From Botryllus schlosseri (Eukaryota), in NCBI GenBank assembly GCA_051294905.1, contig CM119371.1, positions 26,290,001-26,354,000 of the forward strand: a stretch of 64,000 bases of DNA, given 5' to 3'. This document shows positions 40,501 through 52,437 of the stretch, in pieces. The stretch's first letter is position 1. Each line of letters opens with the position of its first letter. A program made the position numbers and the translations under genes. The notes beneath the pieces were generated by a model. That model ran no database searches. It was not told the origin of the DNA and was given only the letters and a program-made list of their open reading frames with translations.

Positions 40501-43500
40501 TAAGAAAGCTTAAAGTTCTGAATTTATCAGGTAAGCCGGGTGGATGCTAAAAACGTTCTGTTCGCGTCCGTGTTCGGTCGTAATTTCGAATATTCGTGTA
40601 CGCAAGCGAACCTTGGAAGGTGCTAAAGTGTCAGCCTTTTTGCGAAGTAGCAAAATATCACAGTAATCTAAAGATTTTTGATAAAAGTTCGTTTAACTGC
40701 AACTTTCTACACCACCGTGATACTTGGATACAAAGCTAAGATGAACCTAGTGTATAGTCTGGCGAACAAGACCTTAGTGGTCGAGCACCATAAACCCTTT
40801 TTACATTCATACATACATAGTTTATAGTCGCAAGTGTTATTGCATCTCGATAATGTCGCTTGAAATATCACATCACTCCGGCCAAATAATGACCAGCCTT
40901 CGTCGCTGTTACGACCTTGCATTGGGAGCAGGTTACAGCGATATCATGAGCGTATATTAGCAGGCAGGGGCAGAGGTTGGCAATCCTGATAAAACAACAA
41001 ATGATATTTGAGCGAACTGGTGTCAAATCGTTGGAGCCAGCCGCGGACACGAACGGGAACCTCTCGCGTGTCAACTGTCAATGAATGTCCGTGTCTATTG
41101 TCCATATTTGATATCCACACCGGTTCTTGGAAATACATGATGTATCTGAATGTTCATTATGTCATATAAGCGACTCAGTAGCAATAGGCAGTAATCTTTG
41201 TATGATTAAAAACCATCCGCTTGAAAGTAGAGCTGGTATACACGAACGGCATTGTTCGACATACTGACAAGATAGCGTAATGGTGAAGCGTCCGGATTCT
41301 TGATCGTAGGTTCGATCCCCTGTCGGGTCAGACCATAGTCCTGATTAGAAACATTGGTATCCATGACTTCCCGCTTGGCGCTCATGCATTACTGAGATAT
41401 CATAGAGGGCTGGTGCAAGACTTAGAAAGCCTAACAAAGCTATATATGCACATTCCTTGTCCAGCGGCATATACATACCATACCTACACATCGTGTGTAC
41501 ATATATCATGAGTAAGTGTATATATATATGCCTCAAAACATGAAGGACTAAATAATCTACTTTCTTTCGTTTATTACACTATTTCAGGGTAGATGATTGC
41601 CTACTTGTACTAATTACGCAAGGGGTGACACATTTCGAATACTCCAACTACTACTTGACATCATTTTGAGGCAAATTTACGTACTTTTTGTCTCATTTGC
41701 ATCACATTTATATGAGTGAAATTGTCATATTAACTAGGCGAAAGAGCCGCTGGATCACGTATCTGAGCATATTTCCCAAAATTCCACGAATTTGTAATAT
41801 CAAGCGTTATTTTGCGTTGTCTCGAAGATTGCAACCTTCAATTCGAAAAGTGATCAACTTCGATTTAACCGTCAAAAGTATGGATCCGTCGACTAAATCT
41901 ACTTTTTGATGTTATTTACTGTGTGCTACATTTTATCCTTATACTTGAAGTAGCTTTGTCATTGCTACGTCATAATGTGAGTAGAAAGGTACGGCGTCAG
42001 TTCGACTTATACAGAAGCAAAGTGACTACTTTGACAATCTCTGCTTAGATGAGATAGTCCCGAAATCGCTTCCTTGGTTGAAATGCGTACTTAGGCGATA
42101 ACTAGCTATAACAATGCCGGCCGGAACTCCAGTCACTGCATACGAAACTCTAACGATGTTTATATTACTATATTCAGGAAATAATATATCCGTCATAGAG
42201 AAAGAGGCATTTATTGGATTGGATCAATTAGAGATACTGCATTTGGATGGAAATCGTATAACCGAATTTGAAATATCCAGCTTCGCGTCACTTACAAATT
42301 TAAAAGTTTTATCCTTATCGCATAATCATCTTATTACTTTTCCTCATCTGCAAGAAGTAAGCAGCCGTTTGCCTTTATTGATTCAATTTAACGGATGTAT
42401 TTTATCAATTCTACAGGTGCCTTACCTCCATATGCATACAGTGGATTTAGGACACAACTCTATCACGTCTCTACAGCAATCAGACTTACTTAACCTTCCA
42501 AGAATTGAGTAAGTCACTTCGCGTTTGATGTGATGTATGCCCACACTGATGTCAAGTAAATTTCAAGAACACACTGTACACAAACAATCTTATGATTCGT
42601 TGAATAATTGTCCTTCTAGAGTTTAGGGAGCTACTCACGTAAATGTCACTTTAAGGAACAATATTATGCTTTCATGCCATGCCGACCAATGAAAACAAAT
42701 CAAATCCACCAATTTCTATTAAGATACATCCTACGTACAGAACCGACTGCACCCCTCGGAATATATCTCCATTATGGGTGGTGTGATAGACTCTTTTTCA
42801 GGGGCTTCAAAGAACAATTTTGTGCCAGAAAGCGCTGATTGTGTGCTTCGCATGCTACGCTATTATGGAAGTTTAACCGATACACTTATTTACAACCATT
42901 TATATTGTATCTACGTATCAGATGACCTACCTTAAGTTATCTGTTATATTCGAATGCATTGCCTTCAGAAATTTAATACTACGTCACAACAACTTGTCCT
43001 CCCTACAAGACGAAGCGATTTTTATGACGAATAAAGAATTAAGGACAGTGGATCTATCAGGAAACAATTTGACGGAGATGGCATCGCGCTTGTTTTCCAA
43101 TTCTTGGTAATATGAATCAATTTGGTTTCCTATCAATTGTTAAATAAACCTTTATTATCAGCATGAAATTTCAATATCTTAGCACTTAGCGATTCAGTCT
43201 CGACCTTGCACACCACGAAGAGTGGTCAAGGTCATAGACGTATGCGTTATGATTATAATGAGTCATCGACGACGATATCCATCTATATAATCAACTAATC
43301 ATGATGAATTTAATTTTATCTCCACATTTGTAGAAACGAGCAGGTACATTGACTCGTGTCTATACTCTCTCTACTTGGTAGATGACATGGAATACATATG
43401 ACGCAATATAAAGATCAGTTGTCATACTTCAAACTCACGCGATGCCTTTTTATTCGCAGTTTTATGGAGAAATTGAATATCGGTGATAATCGTTTGGAAA

Positions 43501-46500
43501 TCTTCCATGCGGATTGGTACTTGACGGCAATCAGCAACGGAGGACCCTCCGGCAATGACATAAGCGGGAACAAGTGGAAATGCGATTGCAACGTTGAACT
43601 TATGAACGTAAGTGCTGGCGCCGTTTCTTTCATTAGGATTGTCTGCAGTATTGAATAGAGGATCTGGCTGGACTACATCGAGTCACTCAGTGATTCTATT
43701 ACGAATCCAGTATTATAATTCTAGTCAAGAAGAGTATTCGATTCTCACTCATTATAACAGTGTGGGGGCCATAACAGTATGCATGCCATATAAAGTTCAA
43801 AGACGTATTTTATATGAGTGAAACAAAATGTAGTTCCACGATATTATAGGTAATTCGCTATTCTTCGAGCATACCTATCTCCTTGCGCATTCTTTCAATG
43901 CTGTGGTCGATTACCACAGAACAGAAATGTCGTCTGCATTGGTTCTATACCAGTGATTCTCAACCGCGGCTCTCCGAGCCGCATGCGGCTCTCGACTGCT
44001 CTCCGTGCGGCTCTCACTAACGATGTGAAATCATTGATGCTTCTACGGAAATTCTAATTATTCATGATCATAAATAAATCGCGCCTTCAACACAACAAAT
44101 GTACGTTTATGTTCACGTTTACTGACGCGAAGGTCATTCCCTGATCACAATAGAATCCTACGTAATACAAGTTGTACGGGTTGTGACGTAACATTACCGA
44201 TAGTAATTTCGGTAGGCTTTAAATCCGAACCTTTACTGCTTTACTGAAGGCTCTGACCGTCTGACCTAAGCCTAATCAGGTGTCTGTAATGAGACGGGCG
44301 AAGTTTATTTCGCTCGAGACGGCGGCTCATATTAGAATACGGGTGACAAGAGACTCGGTCAATAAGACAATCAACGTTTGGGGTAACTGCAGGTACTTTA
44401 TTTTCTTACTCTTTGCTTTGATCTTGATAGCGTTAGAAAATATCGGAGACTTTGGTTCAATGATAATGTCAGGTTCAGATCAACCTGCAAAGAAATCTCG
44501 CACCCTTGTGCAAGAAAATCGGGCCTTTCAAAGTGAATGGGAAGAGGCGTATTTTCAAATTGAGGAAAACGGCAAAGCGAAATGCCTTCTGTGCCCTATA
44601 ATAATAAACGGTGTAAAATCTTTCAACGTTAAGAGGCATTATAAAACACATGCGGGAAAATACGACGTCTATCAAGGTGAATCAAGGAAACGGAAGTTAG
44701 AATGTCTGAAAGCAGAGCGTAGCAAACAAGGAAAAATGTTTTTAAAAAAAAAAGAACCCGAAGAGGTAACAATAACATCATATAAGATCAGTCATCTATT
44801 GGCCAGCAATATGAAGCCATATTCTGATGGCGAAATTACGAAGCAGGCTATTGTTTTGTTTACCGAAGACAATTGTTCTCCTGCCATTCAGCAGAAAGCT
44901 AAAAACTTGCAGCTTAGCAATGATACAGTAACGCGTCGTGTCGATTGCATATCCCAAGATCTGCATGAGCAACTTATTCACAAGTCGCAAGATTTTTCTT
45001 ACTACTCGCTTGCTCTTGACAGCACTAACGACATTACCGACATAGAGCAATTAGCTGTATTCATCCGGGGAGTCATGCCAGATTTCAAGATTTGCGAGGA
45101 GTTTCTTACTTTGCGATCTATTCATGGCACAACGAAGGGAACCGACATGTTTCGTGAATTTCATGCTACTCTTCAAGAAGCGCATTTAGACCCATCGAAA
45201 TTATATTCATTGGCGACAGATGGCTGCCCAGCAATGCTCGGCAAAAATCTAGGTCTTCAAGGACTCGTCAACAAATGGCGTGCTGAACAGAATCTTGACG
45301 CTGTGACTTGGCAACACTGCATTATACACCAGGAAAGTCTTGTTGCTAAATCATTAAAGATGTCCAATGTGACAGATATAGTAATATCGACCGTAAATTG
45401 GATTCGAGCAAACGCACTTAACCATCGAAAATTCAAGGCTTTTCTCACCGATATTGATGCTGACCATGGAGACTTGATCATGTTCACCGCTGTACGATGG
45501 CTAAGCCGAGCTGCATGCCTCAAAAGATTTTACGCGCTACTTGCTGAGATTAAAATATTTGTCGAAGGAATGAAAGACATCCCTCAGTTGGGAAACGAAC
45601 ACTGGGTTGCTGACTTGGCGTTCATGGTGGATATTACCTCACACCTGTCGTCACTAAATCGGAACTTACAAGGAAATAACAAGCTCTGTCACGCCTGGTA
45701 CGGGACAGTGTCTGGTTTCATTGAGAAATTGTGTCTTTGGAGAAAGCACCTAGAGGAGGGTGTTACGACACATTTTGTAACGCTTTCAAACCACCGACAG
45801 AATGGATCATTCAAAACATATGACCAGGTTATTAGTACCTTGATTGACGGGTTTAAACGTCGAATAGAGGGAATGCATCATTCCGTACCCCTGATGAATA
45901 TATTTTCAAACCCAATGGCAGTAGATGCCGCCACTGCCCCTGATATTTTTCAGATGGAACTGCTGGACTTGCAGTCCGATATAGAATTGCGACTGTTGTT
46001 TCAAAGCAATGGACTCCTTGAATTTTGGGGTGCTGTTCCTGAAGAAAAATACCCCAACCTGATAGCTAACGCATCGAAGAATGCCTGCATGTTCGGTTCA
46101 ACCTATGTATGTGAAGCCCTTTTCAGCAAATTAGTGAGGATCAAAAGCAAATATCGCAACCGATTGACTGATCGTCATCTGAAACAGCTCTTGTGCACAG
46201 CTTCCTCCACGATGAAACCTCGTTATGACAAACTTGTGAAAAATCAAATTCAATTTCAAGTTTCGCACTAAGTTGCAAAATAGATAGTGATCACCACAGA
46301 TTTAGCGTCACGCCTTGTTCATCCAAACTCAATTCACATGCTCTCGGAACTCAGAAAGATTGTGGATTAAGTCTCAATAAACATGTTGTGACGCTAAATC
46401 TGTGGTGATCACTATCTATTTACTATCTGGAAGAATGTAAATTGTAAATCATCCGCAATCGGCTTCAACGGTGAAGGGTATACCTCGGTATACCATCGGT

Positions 46501-49345
46501 GAAGGGACGTGGCTGGGTAACGTCGTTTCGGAAGTTGTCCGTATGGGGAGTGCCCGCTGTCACAGTGTCGTCTGGGGAAATTGTCGTATTTGTTTTGGCC
46601 GTCGCTGTTTGAGCCAATCGCGGTTTTGGCCGTCGCTGTTATGGCCGTCGCTGTTGTGGCCAGTCGGTGTTTTGGCCGTCGCTATTAAGGCCGTCGCTAT
46701 TTTAGCCGTACACCATTTCGTTGATACCATTTTTGATGATATTTTTCTATTCTCAATAAATTACGTTATTCGTGCCATCATGCGGCTCCCGACAGAGTTG
46801 AGGTTCATAAAATGGCTCCCACAGTGAAAAAGCTTGAGAACCACTGTTCTATACCAATACCGGGAAAATAATTACCGAGAATGGAAATTACCGATAATGC
46901 CAATACCGAGAATGGGATTACTGAGAATGGACATTACCGAGAATTGACACTCCCGAAAATGATCACCACCGCGAATGGGCATAACCGACAATGGACAATG
47001 CCAACAACCTAGCTTAATAAGACGGATGTTGTCGAGAAATTAATACATGAGAATCGACGCCGACTGTGGCAACGTCGTGATGCACATACAAACGATATGT
47101 ATCCTACATATGCATAACATGCCTGTATTGTATACTTTGTATACGTTGATGACAAAATTGCGACATTTCTGTCCAGAGTCATATGCACCATGCGGTGTCT
47201 ATCATGCGCGCATGGTATGCATATGTACAGATCACGACGTCATGGTATTAGATATTCCCAGGTTTATATTTCACGACATCGTCCGTCTCAATATGTTAGG
47301 TTCTCGGCACTGTCCATACTCGGTAATATACATTCTCGGTGATGTCCATTCTCGTTAAAGTCCATTATCGGTGGTGCCCGTCCTCGGTAATGTCAATTCT
47401 CGGTAATGTCCATTCTCGGTGGTGTTCGTTCTTGGTAATGTCAATTTTTAGTGGTGTTCGTCCTCGGCAATGTTTAATCGCGGTAATATCCATTCTCGGT
47501 GGTATTCGTTCTTGATAATGTCCATTTCGGTAATGTCCATTTTCGGTGGTGTCCGTTCTTGGTAATGTCCATTCTCGGTAATGTCAATTCTCGGTGGTGT
47601 TCGTTCTTGTTAATATCCATTTTTGGTGGTGTCCATTCTCGGTGGTGTCCATTCTCGGTGGTGTCCATTCCCGGTGGTGTCCATTCTCGGTAAGGGCATT
47701 CTCGATAATTACATTCTCGGTAATGGTTTTCTCAGTATTGACCGGACCCTGTGGCTAGCTTTTTCCTACACTCGGATTATTACAAATATTACTCGATTCA
47801 GATTCGACTATTAGAATCGTCTTGCCGACTTATTAGAAGTGTTGGCAGACTACTTATGATAAGTGCTCGACTAATTCATGAATTTCGGAAGTTGGCGATA
47901 TCTGATGTAGGTGATGGTCGCTAGCTACACGAGGTTTTTCACGGTTCTGTGAGAATGTGAGGACGAAATGTATGTCGACGGCGAAAGCTATATATAGCTC
48001 AAGCCAAGCATATATTGACACCAGCATATACTGTGTTCGTCTGTCATGTACTGAAATAGATCCTGAAGTCTAATTTAAGGACCGGATTCAGTACATGACG
48101 CATGCACCGGACGCTGTGCCTAATTCCTAGACTCACGTGACTAATATCTGGTGCAATTTAAACCACTTTCTACCACTTCTCCAACAGGCCGCAATTTCCG
48201 AACTATAGCATCAGCATGTATATATCATCATTCGATATACTATTGCCCACAGGACCGGAGGAGCACTTGGTCAGCCCACCCCTCAAAAAAAACTTAAGTC
48301 TTGGTCCCCCAAATAGGACGATCAACAAAACATCTGGGGGCATCGCCCCCGAACCCGACTTTTACTACGGACCTTTCCCTACTTGATTTAGAGTTTTTTC
48401 ATTAGTCAGAGCATGTGTCTGTTATCTGGTCGCGCGAGGCGCGAAAAATAGTTACATTAATGACTCAATTTTGTCAATAATATTAGTGGCTGCATATAGT
48501 TCGATCAATTTTTAATTCGCTCTCAGCCGACGTGATCAAATTTGCCGGTATAGAGTTGCCTGCGTCAACCAAAATTTAGGGCACAAAATTAATAATCATA
48601 CGTCTTCGGGGACCTTTTTGTCAGCACACTTCGCGTAGTAACATGTTGATTGAAATTTCATGTCTTGGTGCGTTGTGACGCGTTAATGGCGGCGATGAGG
48701 GCACCGATACAAAATCAAGATATGCACTGATAATGAATCGCACGAAACGCGAAGAAAAATTTCAAGTTGAATGAATCACCCACCGAATACTCCATAACTT
48801 ATGTCGATTTTACAAACTAATTAATATAGTATAGTAATAATATAGTACTCGAATCGTTGAAAACAAGCACTCAAAATTGAATAATGTAAACTTTCTTGAT
48901 TGATTCGTTGATTGGTTGATCAATAAATCTTCTGTTATAGCGCCACGTACAATCGCTGGATGATTGGAGGCAGATCTTACAATTCGACTGTCCGATGAGC
49001 GACAACACAAAGTGCAATCACCCTCAATTCGTCAACCTATGCACCAAGAAACCAAATAGAAAGATTGTCAAACGGCACCATTACGATTCCGCATTCGACG
49101 CCGTCAATCTGAAGAAACAGATCGATCTCGCCACCAACACGACCATTTCCTCCACAACAGTAAAGACTGCTGTCAGCGGTTCTGTGTATACAATATCGTT
49201 GGTCTTCGGAATTATATGTGCCATATTTCTAATTGTAGCAGTAGTTACCGTTTATAAGCTTGCGAACGCAAGGAAGATGTCTTCGAAACAGTCCAACCTC
49301 GAAAACGGGCGTCAAGATCACGTTGAAGGCCGTGAGTTTATATGA
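37600..49345 (+). CDS. Single-pass leucine-rich-repeat transmembrane protein, paralog 2 (first/signal-peptide exon unresolved, probably within 36900-37290)
   Basis: Exons 37600-37778, 38418-38573, 40354-40530, 42178-42356, 42417-42508, 42969-43106, 43460-43607, 48941-49345. Phases match paralog 1 and internal exon lengths are 179,156,177,179,92,138,148 vs 179,156,177,179,92,135,148. No stops. LRRs, NKWKCDC cap, TM VYTISLVFGIICAIFLIVAVVTVY. A candidate phase-2 upstream donor lies at 37259|GTAGAC. Confidence 0.88.
39489..39927. mobile_element. Mutator(MULE)-like foldback MITE with tandem ACCGAGAATGGAC arms
   Basis: GG...CC termini, inverted arms made of ~17-20-bp tandem units, perfect 9-bp TSD AATGAAAAG (39480-39488, 39928-39936). 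Confidence 0.88.
41266..41570 (+). mobile_element. tRNA-derived SINE, family A, second copy (intron of LRR gene 2)
   Basis: Collinear with 20456-20790 along its full length. Confidence 0.85.
43951..46846 (+). mobile_element. Full-length, probably autonomous hAT DNA transposon in the last intron of LRR gene 2
   Basis: TIRs CAGTGATTCTCAA / TTGAGAACCACTG (1 mismatch); perfect 8-bp TSD TTCTATAC (43943-43950, 46847-46854); subterminal GCGGCTC repeats; intact transposase ORF. Confidence 0.95.
44460..46271 (+). CDS. Intact hAT transposase, Buster/Charlie/SPIN (GTF2IRD2-like) group, ~603 aa from ATG 44460
   Basis: Uninterrupted ORF (frame open from 44280). BED-type Zn finger (KAKCLLC...KRHYKTH), first catalytic D (SLALDSTND), second D (LATDGCPAM), CxxH (HCIIHQE), RW motif (TAVRWLSR), catalytic E in hATC region (GSTYVCEALFS), C-terminal QFQVSH. 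Confidence 0.93.
   Translation: MIMSGSDQPAKKSRTLVQENRAFQSEWEEAYFQIEENGKAKCLLCPIIINGVKSFNVKRHYKTHAGKYDVYQGESRKRKLECLKAERSKQGKMFLKKKEPEEVTITSYKISHLLASNMKPYSDGEITKQAIVLFTEDNCSPAIQQKAKNLQLSNDTVTRRVDCISQDLHEQLIHKSQDFSYYSLALDSTNDITDIEQLAVFIRGVMPDFKICEEFLTLRSIHGTTKGTDMFREFHATLQEAHLDPSKLYSLATDGCPAMLGKNLGLQGLVNKWRAEQNLDAVTWQHCIIHQESLVAKSLKMSNVTDIVISTVNWIRANALNHRKFKAFLTDIDADHGDLIMFTAVRWLSRAACLKRFYALLAEIKIFVEGMKDIPQLGNEHWVADLAFMVDITSHLSSLNRNLQGNNKLCHAWYGTVSGFIEKLCLWRKHLEEGVTTHFVTLSNHRQNGSFKTYDQVISTLIDGFKRRIEGMHHSVPLMNIFSNPMAVDAATAPDIFQMELLDLQSDIELRLLFQSNGLLEFWGAVPEEKYPNLIANASKNACMFGSTYVCEALFSKLVRIKSKYRNRLTDRHLKQLLCTASSTMKPRYDKLVKNQIQFQVSH
46847..47749. mobile_element. Second, inverted copy of the ACCGAGAATGGAC foldback; its first 10 bp (43941-43950) are separated by the intact hAT
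   Basis: GGTTCTATAC|hAT|CAATACCGGGAAAA matches the reverse complement of the 39927 end. The other end, GGTTTTCTCAGTATTGACCGGACCC, matches the 39489 end. Confidence 0.85.
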
Positions 49346-52300
49346 ATACAAGTCCATGAAGACAGAAGTAGGCTTTTTCAACCAATAAAGAAACAGTTAC
49401 GGATTGTTATTGTTCTAGTACGGTGATTCTTGACTTTTACGATCCTGACGAATCCTTTCGTTCATATGCAAGCATTCTCCGCACCCTAAATTTTCGCCGA
49501 GTCACAAAAACATAATTCTACCACATTAAATATAAGGAGATCCGCAAAATGCACTATGCATCAAGAGCATTATTGAAGCAAGATCATCGAAACACGATTT
49601 CCACACGACACAAAAATTAATATGAATATTTACTGCAAATCGTCTTCTGTGTGAGTCGAGTTGTGTCTTGATCTCTGGCGATCCCCCGAGGCAGACTCAG
49701 TGAGCACGTGGGATTTGTCTGAACCCCTTTTTTAGTATATGATGATTTGGCAATTGTCATTTTACGCCTGCATTCTTTTTTCTATTATTCGTAAGCTGCC
49801 AACTGGATCACTTTCCTCATGGGCTTTTTCAACACAATAAAATGCTTATTCAAATGTAACGGCATTTAGATATATCTCCTACACTCGTCAGTGAAGGGAT
49901 TTTAGATTCGACTTCTGACCTACTTGAACCTTCAAACTATCTTTTTGTGTTACGTGGTGTGGTATTTGGTGCGGCAGTGAAATGACAAACCAACCTGTTC
50001 ATTTATGTTGAAAATGCCAACTCGCTATGATTATTTACTCTTCCAGTTATTATTTAGTTATTTTTTATTGATGTTATTTATGCTGTAACGTTCGAACATC
50101 CTTCCATCCGCTTAGCCTGAAACTATTTTGATTGATTCCAACTCATATGTGATAAACGAAGCAGTTTTTAATATAGTACTGTATAACTCGTGTGACGTCA
50201 ATGCAACTGAATAGTTCATTACGCGGGTGCTCGTGGGGATCCTATGCAAAATGTACTGTATTTTAATTGCAATTATTGTCAAGTAAAATTTCTGTCTGTT
50301 AGTATGTATGAATGTCACTACACTACGAAGCCGCCTGCAGCTACAGATTGTAAAATCAATATTTTATTGTATAGGCCTACTAACACGTCTAAATGTATGA
50401 ATATAATTGCGGAAACTGGGACATCATATAGCTTCGCGATTAATGTGATTCTTTTAATTCGCATCCAATGCACACAAAAGTTCAATAGGAGTATATGCAT
50501 AGGTATTGGTTATGTTGAATAGCGAACAGTCATTTATCGCACACGCACGTTTTTTGCCTACGTTTTTTAATAAAATCTCTTAAGTATTTCGGAAAGACTA
50601 ATTATATCGGGGCCTGACAGCCATTCAGAATGAAGACAGGATGACAACAAAGGATTCATAGTATATTAGTAATCCGGAATAAATTGATCATAGAAGATAG
50701 GTACGATGCTCTCGAAATCGGCTTCCAACAGATTGTACGACACGCTTAACGATACCTGTGTGATGCCTGCTGCGCCTTCACTCAACTGTACAAATCTATG
50801 GCAAGCTTACCATAAAGGTGTTGAACCCCTGTGGGATTTACAGATTTAGTGCACGTTCTCACATATTTACGGACTCGGCGACATCCCGGATATCCAGTCT
50901 TTTGTTGCTGGCGGGTTGGCACTACTTTTCTGCTCAGGGGGTGGGGTGGGGGACGGGGATACCTTCTGGAGTTTATAGAGTCTCCTGTACTGACCTGCTT
51001 TTGTAACTCCGAATGTCTTTCGAAGGTCATTAGAAAACGCTTGCCTTCTTTCTCAAATAAAAAATATAATTTGAGATTAAGTATGGGCAATCGAATCGAG
51101 TCACCACGTTTCAATATTTTCATCAACATACATTCATTTGACAACTGACATATATTTTGTCGGAAAACTGATCATCCAGGAAACCACGGCGCTTTAGATT
51201 ATTGTCGATGTACATCCCCCATGCCGCGTGGTCTATGCGATCACCACCACGTAAGAATGTGGTGGTGAAGTAGTCATCTTTACTACTAGAAGGGAAGAAG
51301 AAGTGTCCGTCTTAATGCATGCCTAAATACAAGTGTGCGTTGCAATTTACAATACAAGTCAAACCTAATTAAACTTGAAGCTGAAATAAAGTGGCGCAAA
51401 AATTACTGAAGTATAGTTTAACTAAAGATGACAGATTGGCGAAGAATGTCCCCATCATCCCTTCTACTTCCGAAGATATGCCGGCGCTCTCCTATCAAGA
51501 ACTGATCTGCTACAAAACCAATAAGTTCATTACCAAGAGTTAAATGATGAGGAGAAACATTTGTTTAGGACATCGTAAAAGGAATGTAATTTACAAGCTG
51601 CGTACAGTTGATATGAACATTGTACGATATTGCAAATCTGGTCAAACTGTTCTGAAGCACAATATTGCCTATTTATTGTAATAGCTAGTAGGTAGTCATT
51701 GGTACATTGTAATGCGGATCTCGTACACCCCATTCGTGTGGTACAGTCTTTAAAAGTTCTGGTACACGATACACCCGGTTGAAGAGCCCTGCAATAGCCT
51801 GCGCCATGTCACCGGTCCGCTAACAGCTAAGCTTAAATTAAGTTTTAACTCCTCTCGGAGGGCTATACCCATGCAAACTAACACTGCAAAGATGTATACT
51901 GTATAGCTATTGATTTGATGCTGTCGAAGAGCGAGGATTTTAAATACAATAAGGTTGTTAGTATATGACGAATCGAATCAACCACTGTTGCGTGTATAAT
52001 CACACCCTTGATCCAGATCTATAGACGACGGACGCTCTGCCAACGCCCCTTCTTATTGGTAGCACATACAGCTCTAAGCTATAATTAAGATGCAACCCGA
52101 GTACGGCTACCCAAACTCACACTGTTAACATGTATAGCAATTGATAATTATGGTAACGAAGAGCGAAGATCCTAAAGGCAGGAAGGGTGTTATTCAGACG
52201 AATTGGATCACCAGTCTTACGTGTATAAGAACGCAAACCCAGCCGTATAATTGGTGTAACGGATCAGTGACATGGATATTTGCCAACTGTACCTACCCGC

Positions 52301-52437
52301 AGTGATAATCAACTATATTGTCTCACTCTAAAAACTCTCGATTCCGGATTAAATCAATTTCAGCCGACTTCACTCAATTCGCAAACTTTGGTTCCGCTCA
52401 CTATTGACCAGAGAAACGGCTTTGTATCGATCTAGAG

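Noticed and set aside
44280..44459. Hydrophobic 60-aa N-terminal extension of the transposase in the ORF track
   Set aside because: It starts at GTG, and the hydrophobic stretch is a translated polypyrimidine tract. Transposase-like sequence begins near ATG 44460.
43607..44460. In-frame LRR-transposase fusion from the exon-8 donor
   Set aside because: The donor is phase 0, while the acceptors at 44430/44436 enter the transposase frame in phase 1. A fusion would need skipping from an earlier phase-1 donor, for which there is no evidence.
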